From a virus (Duplodnaviria; Heunggongvirae; Uroviricota; Caudoviricetes): a DNA stretch of 6,785 bases. This document shows positions 6,528 through 6,785 of the stretch, one piece after another (within the stretch, counting starts at the first letter, position 1; every line of letters begins with the position of its first letter). A program made the position numbers and the translations under genes. The notes under the pieces are model-generated. The model did no database searches and was not told where the DNA came from. It saw only the letters and a list, made by a program, of their open reading frames with translations. Location: the IMG/VR virus record IMGVR_UViG_2563366923_000007, one strand, 5' to 3'.

Positions 6528-6785
6528 TCAGGCGTCCAGATTTTCTTTCACCCATGCAGCAAAATCGGTATAGCCGCCGATATGTTGCTGATCGACAAAA
6601 ATCTGCGGCACGGTTTCTACGGGTTTACCTGCCTTTTGTTGTAGATCTTCTTTAGTGATCCCTTCCGCACGAATATCTACATAGTGATACTGAAAATCAT
6701 CGTGTTCATTGCTCAATTTCTCAGCCAGATCTTTTGCACGCACACAGTAAGGGCAACCCGGACGACCAAAAATAACGGTTTGCAT
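6528..6785 (-). CDS. grxA: Glutaredoxin 1 (85 aa)
   Basis: MQTVIFGRPGCPYCVRAKDLAEKL... with the CPYC active site and length of E. coli Grx1. The start codon is the last three bases of the window. Confidence 0.92.
   Translation of the reverse strand: MQTVIFGRPGCPYCVRAKDLAEKLSNEHDDFQYHYVDIRAEGITKEDLQQKAGKPVETVPQIFVDQQHIGGYTDFAAWVKENLDA

Noticed and set aside
6034-6655. ORFs 6034..6231 (-), 6108..6353 (-) and 6413..6655 (+) overlapping ybjM and grxA
   Set aside because: Overlap conserved genes in alternative frames with no supporting signals.
1-6785. Looked for CRISPR arrays, tRNA/rRNA genes, insertion-sequence terminal inverted repeats, and P2 old/tin/fun-type defence loci
   Set aside because: No spaced direct repeats, no tRNA-like cloverleaf segments, no transposase ORF. 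The P2 regions that host old/tin/fun are among those removed by the internal deletion.

Overview
This window looks like an Escherichia-like chromosomal segment in two parts. The right part (about 3953..6785) is the conserved ybjL / ybjM / grxA cluster, all three genes intact. The left part (19..3952) is a decayed 186/P2-family prophage remnant bounded by a 22-bp direct repeat (21/22 identical), which I read as attL/attR. From left to right the remnant carries: an AT-rich 251-aa cargo ORF with a HEPN-like R-x4-H motif, a tyrosine integrase, a 63-aa secreted Cys-rich ORF, a 186 CI-like repressor, a divergent Apl/Cox-like gene, a CII-like N-terminal fragment joined by an internal deletion to a gpD C-terminal fragment, and an intact Ogr/B zinc-finger activator. 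The best candidate for an undescribed system is the 251-aa cargo gene between attL and int, a position that normally holds no gene in P2/186 phages. All homology statements are from reading the translations and from memory of these families; no database search was run.
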